Part shown: in pieces, positions 60,961-64,000 of the stretch
How positions within the stretch are numbered: position 1 is the stretch's first letter
Layout: each line of letters opens with the position of its first letter
Origin: Deferribacterales bacterium
GTDB taxonomy: Bacteria; Chrysiogenota; Deferribacteres; Deferribacterales; Geovibrionaceae
Reading direction: 5' to 3'
DNA: 64,000 nucleotides
Assembly: GCA_050253075.1 (NCBI GenBank)
Contig: JBFWJS010000002.1
Span: 544,001 to 608,000 of the forward strand
Made by a program: the position numbers and the translations under genes
The notes under the pieces: generated by a model
The model's database searches: none
What the model saw: only the letters and a program-made list of their open reading frames with translations
What the model was told of the DNA's origin: nothing

Positions 60961-61881
60961 ATGAAGAGAGATTTTCTCACACTGAAGGACTTCAGCTCCG
61001 ACGAGCTGAAAGATATGATACAGACAGCCATCAGGCTGAAAGCCGAGAATAAGAATGGTATAACACACCATCATCTCGCAGGTAAAAAGCTCGCTATGAT
61101 CTTCGAAAAACCGTCCACAAGGACACGTGTTTCCTTCGAGGTCGGCTTTTACGAGCTGGGCGGACACCCGCTCTACCTCAGCAGCAACGACATACAGCTA
61201 GGCAGAGGCGAAACAGTGAAAGACACTGCACGCACACTCTCCAGATTTGTCGACGGCATCATGATACGTACAAAGGGTCATGATATAATAGAAGAGCTTG
61301 CAGAGTATGCCACAGTGCCCGTCATCAACGGTCTCACAGACGACTTCCACCCTTGTCAGGTAATGGCAGACGTTCAGACCATATACGAGCACCTCGGCAC
61401 ATACGATGTGAAAGTAGCCTTCATCGGCGACGGAAACAACATGGCGCAGAGCTGGCTTTACGGTGCGGCTAAATTCGGCATGGATATATCCGTAGCATCT
61501 CCGGAGGGTTACGAATGCAAACCTCATGTGGTTAAATCCGCAGTAGAGGCAGCTAAGAGCACAGGTTCAAAAATAGAGCTCGTGCGTGACCCATATGAAG
61601 CTGTCAGAGGTGCAGATATCATCTATACTGATGTATGGGCCAGCATGGGACAGGAAGCAGAAAAGGAAGCACGCAAGAAGATATTCGCAGGCTATCAGGT
61701 CAATGCCGACCTCATGGCTGCCACAGGCAAGAAGACGCTCTTCATGCACTGCCTCCCTGCATACATGGGGCTAGAGGTCACAGAGGACGTTTACGAATCT
61801 GAGGCTTCCATCGTCTGGGACGAAGCAGAGAACAGGCTGCACGCTCAGAAAGCTATCATGCTCGCCGTATTCGGCAAGTAA
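60961..61881 (+). CDS. argF: Ornithine carbamoyltransferase
   Basis: STRTR, HPCQ, DVWASMG, HCLP. Confidence 0.98.
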   Translation: MKRDFLTLKDFSSDELKDMIQTAIRLKAENKNGITHHHLAGKKLAMIFEKPSTRTRVSFEVGFYELGGHPLYLSSNDIQLGRGETVKDTARTLSRFVDGIMIRTKGHDIIEELAEYATVPVINGLTDDFHPCQVMADVQTIYEHLGTYDVKVAFIGDGNNMAQSWLYGAAKFGMDISVASPEGYECKPHVVKSAVEAAKSTGSKIELVRDPYEAVRGADIIYTDVWASMGQEAEKEARKKIFAGYQVNADLMAATGKKTLFMHCLPAYMGLEVTEDVYESEASIVWDEAENRLHAQKAIMLAVFGK

Positions 61882-61890
61882 GCGTTTAAG

Positions 61891-61976
61891 GTCATTGCGA
61901 GCAAAGCGAAGCAATCTTCCAAGTACATTAACGTAAAAGTATTGGAAGATCACTTCGACTAAAGCCCCGTGATGAC
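61891..61976. repeat. GTC-tagged palindromic repeat doublet, copy 6
   Basis: GTC-ATTGC-GAGCAAAGCGAA-GCAAT-CTTCCAA...TTGGAAG-ATCAC-TTCG...-GTGAT-GAC. Confidence 0.85.
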
Positions 61977-62020
61977 GCATATGGATAATATAAATATATA
62001 ATTCTCACAAGGAGATAAAA

Positions 62021-63232
62021 ATGGCAAAAGACAAAGTGGTTCTCGCCTATTCAGGCGGTCTGGACACATCAGTTATCCTGAAATGGCTCCAGCTTAAAGG
62101 TTATGACGTTGTAGCATACGTGGCAGACCTCGGTCAGCTTCCGGATGTTGAAGCTATCCGTGAGAAAGCAATGAAGTCCGGCGCAGTAGATTTCTACGCT
62201 CTCGACCTTCAGGAAGAATTTGTCAAAGATTTCGTGTACCCTGCGGTTAAGTTTAACGCCCTTTACGAAGGACGCTACTACCTCGGTACTTCTCTGGCAC
62301 GTCCTATCATCACAAAAGGTATGGTGGACGTAGCTAATAAAACAGGTGCGAAATTCCTCGCACACGGCGCAACAGGCAAAGGTAACGACCAGGTTCGCTT
62401 CGAGCTTTCCGCTGCCAGCCTGAACCCTAAACTTAAAACTATCGTCCCATGGCGTATCCCTGAGTTCTTTAACAAGATCAAAGGACGTAAGGAAGCTATG
62501 GAATTTGCAGAAGAGCACGGCATCCCCGTTAAAGCTACTGTAAGCCAGCCGTGGAGCTCTGATGACAACCTGCTCCACATCAGCTTTGAAGCAGGTATCC
62601 TCGAAGACCCTGCTATGCGCCCTCCAAAGGAAATGTTCGAATACACAACAGACCCTAAGGACGCACCAAACGAAGCAGAGATCATCGAGCTCGAATTTGC
62701 TCAGGGCGAGGCTGTTAAGCTCAACGGCGAAAAACTCTCTCCTGCAGAAATGCTGAAAGCACTTAACAAAATAGGCGGAAAGCACGGTATCGGACGTGTG
62801 GACATGGTAGAGAGCAGATACGTGGGTATGAAATCACGCGGTGTTTACGAGACGCCAGGCGGAACAATACTTTACGCTGCACACAGAGACCTCGAAGCAC
62901 TCACTCTCGACGGCGGTACTATCAACCTGAAAGAGACACTGATGCCTCGCTTCGCTACACTGGTATACAACGGATACTGGTACTGTCCTGAGATGGATGC
63001 TATGATGGCACTCCTTAATAAGACTCAGGAATTCGTTTCAGGTAAAGTTAAACTTGAGCTCTACAAAGGAAACATCACATGTATCGGACGTGAGTCTGAA
63101 TACTCACTCTACGACATGAAAGTGGTTTCCATGGAAGATGATGAGGGAGCTTACGATCAGACAGACGCAGCAGGATTTATCAAACTGCACGCTCTGCCTC
63201 TGAAAGCTCACGCTCACCGCGCGAAGAAATAG
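62021..63232 (+). CDS. argG: Argininosuccinate synthase
   Basis: AYSGGLDTS, HGATGKGNDQVRFE, KSRGVYETP. Confidence 0.99.
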   Translation: MAKDKVVLAYSGGLDTSVILKWLQLKGYDVVAYVADLGQLPDVEAIREKAMKSGAVDFYALDLQEEFVKDFVYPAVKFNALYEGRYYLGTSLARPIITKGMVDVANKTGAKFLAHGATGKGNDQVRFELSAASLNPKLKTIVPWRIPEFFNKIKGRKEAMEFAEEHGIPVKATVSQPWSSDDNLLHISFEAGILEDPAMRPPKEMFEYTTDPKDAPNEAEIIELEFAQGEAVKLNGEKLSPAEMLKALNKIGGKHGIGRVDMVESRYVGMKSRGVYETPGGTILYAAHRDLEALTLDGGTINLKETLMPRFATLVYNGYWYCPEMDAMMALLNKTQEFVSGKVKLELYKGNITCIGRESEYSLYDMKVVSMEDDEGAYDQTDAAGFIKLHALPLKAHAHRAKK

Positions 63233-63319
63233 CACTTCAGGCGGAGCACTATACTGTGACCGTAAGCAGAGAGCCGTATTTTACGCTCCCGCCGGTCGCT
63301 TACTAATGACTATATTTGC

Positions 63320-63381
63320 GTCATTCTGAGGAAGCATTACGAAGAATCTGAACACAGATCCTTCGCTAAGCTCTGGATGAC
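63320..63381. repeat. GTC-tagged palindromic repeat doublet, copy 7
   Basis: CGTC-ATTCT-GAG...CGA-AGAAT-CT...AG-ATCC-TTCG...CTCT-GGAT-GAC. Confidence 0.85.
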
Positions 63382-63401
63382 AATAACAGGAGTTTTGATA
63401 C

Positions 63402-64000
63402 ATGTATTTTCAGGATGTGATACTGAATCTTCAGAAATTCTGGGCTGAGAGAGGTTGTATAATCTATCAGCCTTACGACATAGAAGTCGGTGCGGGTACA
63501 TTCAATCCTGCGACATTCCTTAAGTGCCTCGGTCCCGAGCCGTGGAACGTTGCTTATGTTGAGCCTAGCCGCCGCCCCACAGACGGACGCTACGGCGAAA
63601 ACCCTAACAGACTTCAGCACTACTACCAGTTTCAGGTTATCCTGAAGCCTTCACCGGACAACATTCAGGAGCTCTACCTTGAGTCTCTGAAAACACTCGG
63701 AGTAGACCCGAAAGACCACGACATCAGATTTGTCGAGGACGACTGGGAATCACCTACACTCGGTGCTTGGGGTCTCGGATGGGAAGTATGGCTGGACGGT
63801 ATGGAGATCACTCAGTTCACATATTTTCAGCAGGCGGGCGGTATCGACCTGAAACCTGTTTCAGGCGAGATAACATACGGTCTGGAGCGTATCACTATGT
63901 ACCTTCAGGGTGTCGAGTCCGTTTACGACCTTAAGTGGAACAAAAACGTGACATACGGCGATGTTTACCACGCTAATGAGGTTCAGTACTCTGCACACAA
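63402..64000 (+). CDS. glyQ: Glycine--tRNA ligase alpha subunit (truncated by right edge)
   Basis: Manual translation [77 protein letters not shown]. Confidence 0.98.
   Translation, partial: MYFQDVILNLQKFWAERGCIIYQPYDIEVGAGTFNPATFLKCLGPEPWNVAYVEPSRRPTDGRYGENPNRLQHYYQFQVILKPSPDNIQELYLESLKTLGVDPKDHDIRFVEDDWESPTLGAWGLGWEVWLDGMEITQFTYFQQAGGIDLKPVSGEITYGLERITMYLQGVESVYDLKWNKNVTYGDVYHANEVQYSAH

Overview
Ordinary chromosomal segment of a diderm, probably anaerobic respiring bacterium. Gene content and order suggest Deferribacterota; this is inference, not a database result. 1-12.4 kb holds the conserved tRNA(Thr,Tyr,Gly,Thr)-tuf-rpmG-tRNA(Trp)-secE-nusG-rplKAJL-rpoBC cluster on the minus strand, with rpoC running off the left edge. 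Next come a DegT aminotransferase, an orphan ArsR/SmtB repressor with a visible operator and a 34-bp duplicated 3' end, a LuxR solo and an aldehyde dehydrogenase. A tightly packed + strand operon follows: secreted mosaic protein, a 48-codon membrane peptide with an in-frame TGA and downstream hairpins (candidate new selenoprotein), HemW, a compact tetraheme cytochrome c, hemerythrin and an MFS transporter. Further right are a split MSHA-like pilus/T2SS system with a PrsK/PrsR-like two-component pair lacking the AAA+ domain, two large envelope proteins, proS, mscS, System I* cytochrome c maturation genes, a porin with sigma70 and sigma54 promoter motifs, hslVU, lipid A genes, argDFG and the start of glyQ. 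Seven intergenic doublets of a GTC-tagged palindromic (REP-like) repeat with clear stem covariation are scattered through the window. No CRISPR, prophage, integrase or transposase was seen. The most striking candidate novelty is the putative Sec-peptide/HemW/tetraheme cytochrome/hemerythrin module at 19.0-21.0 kb.
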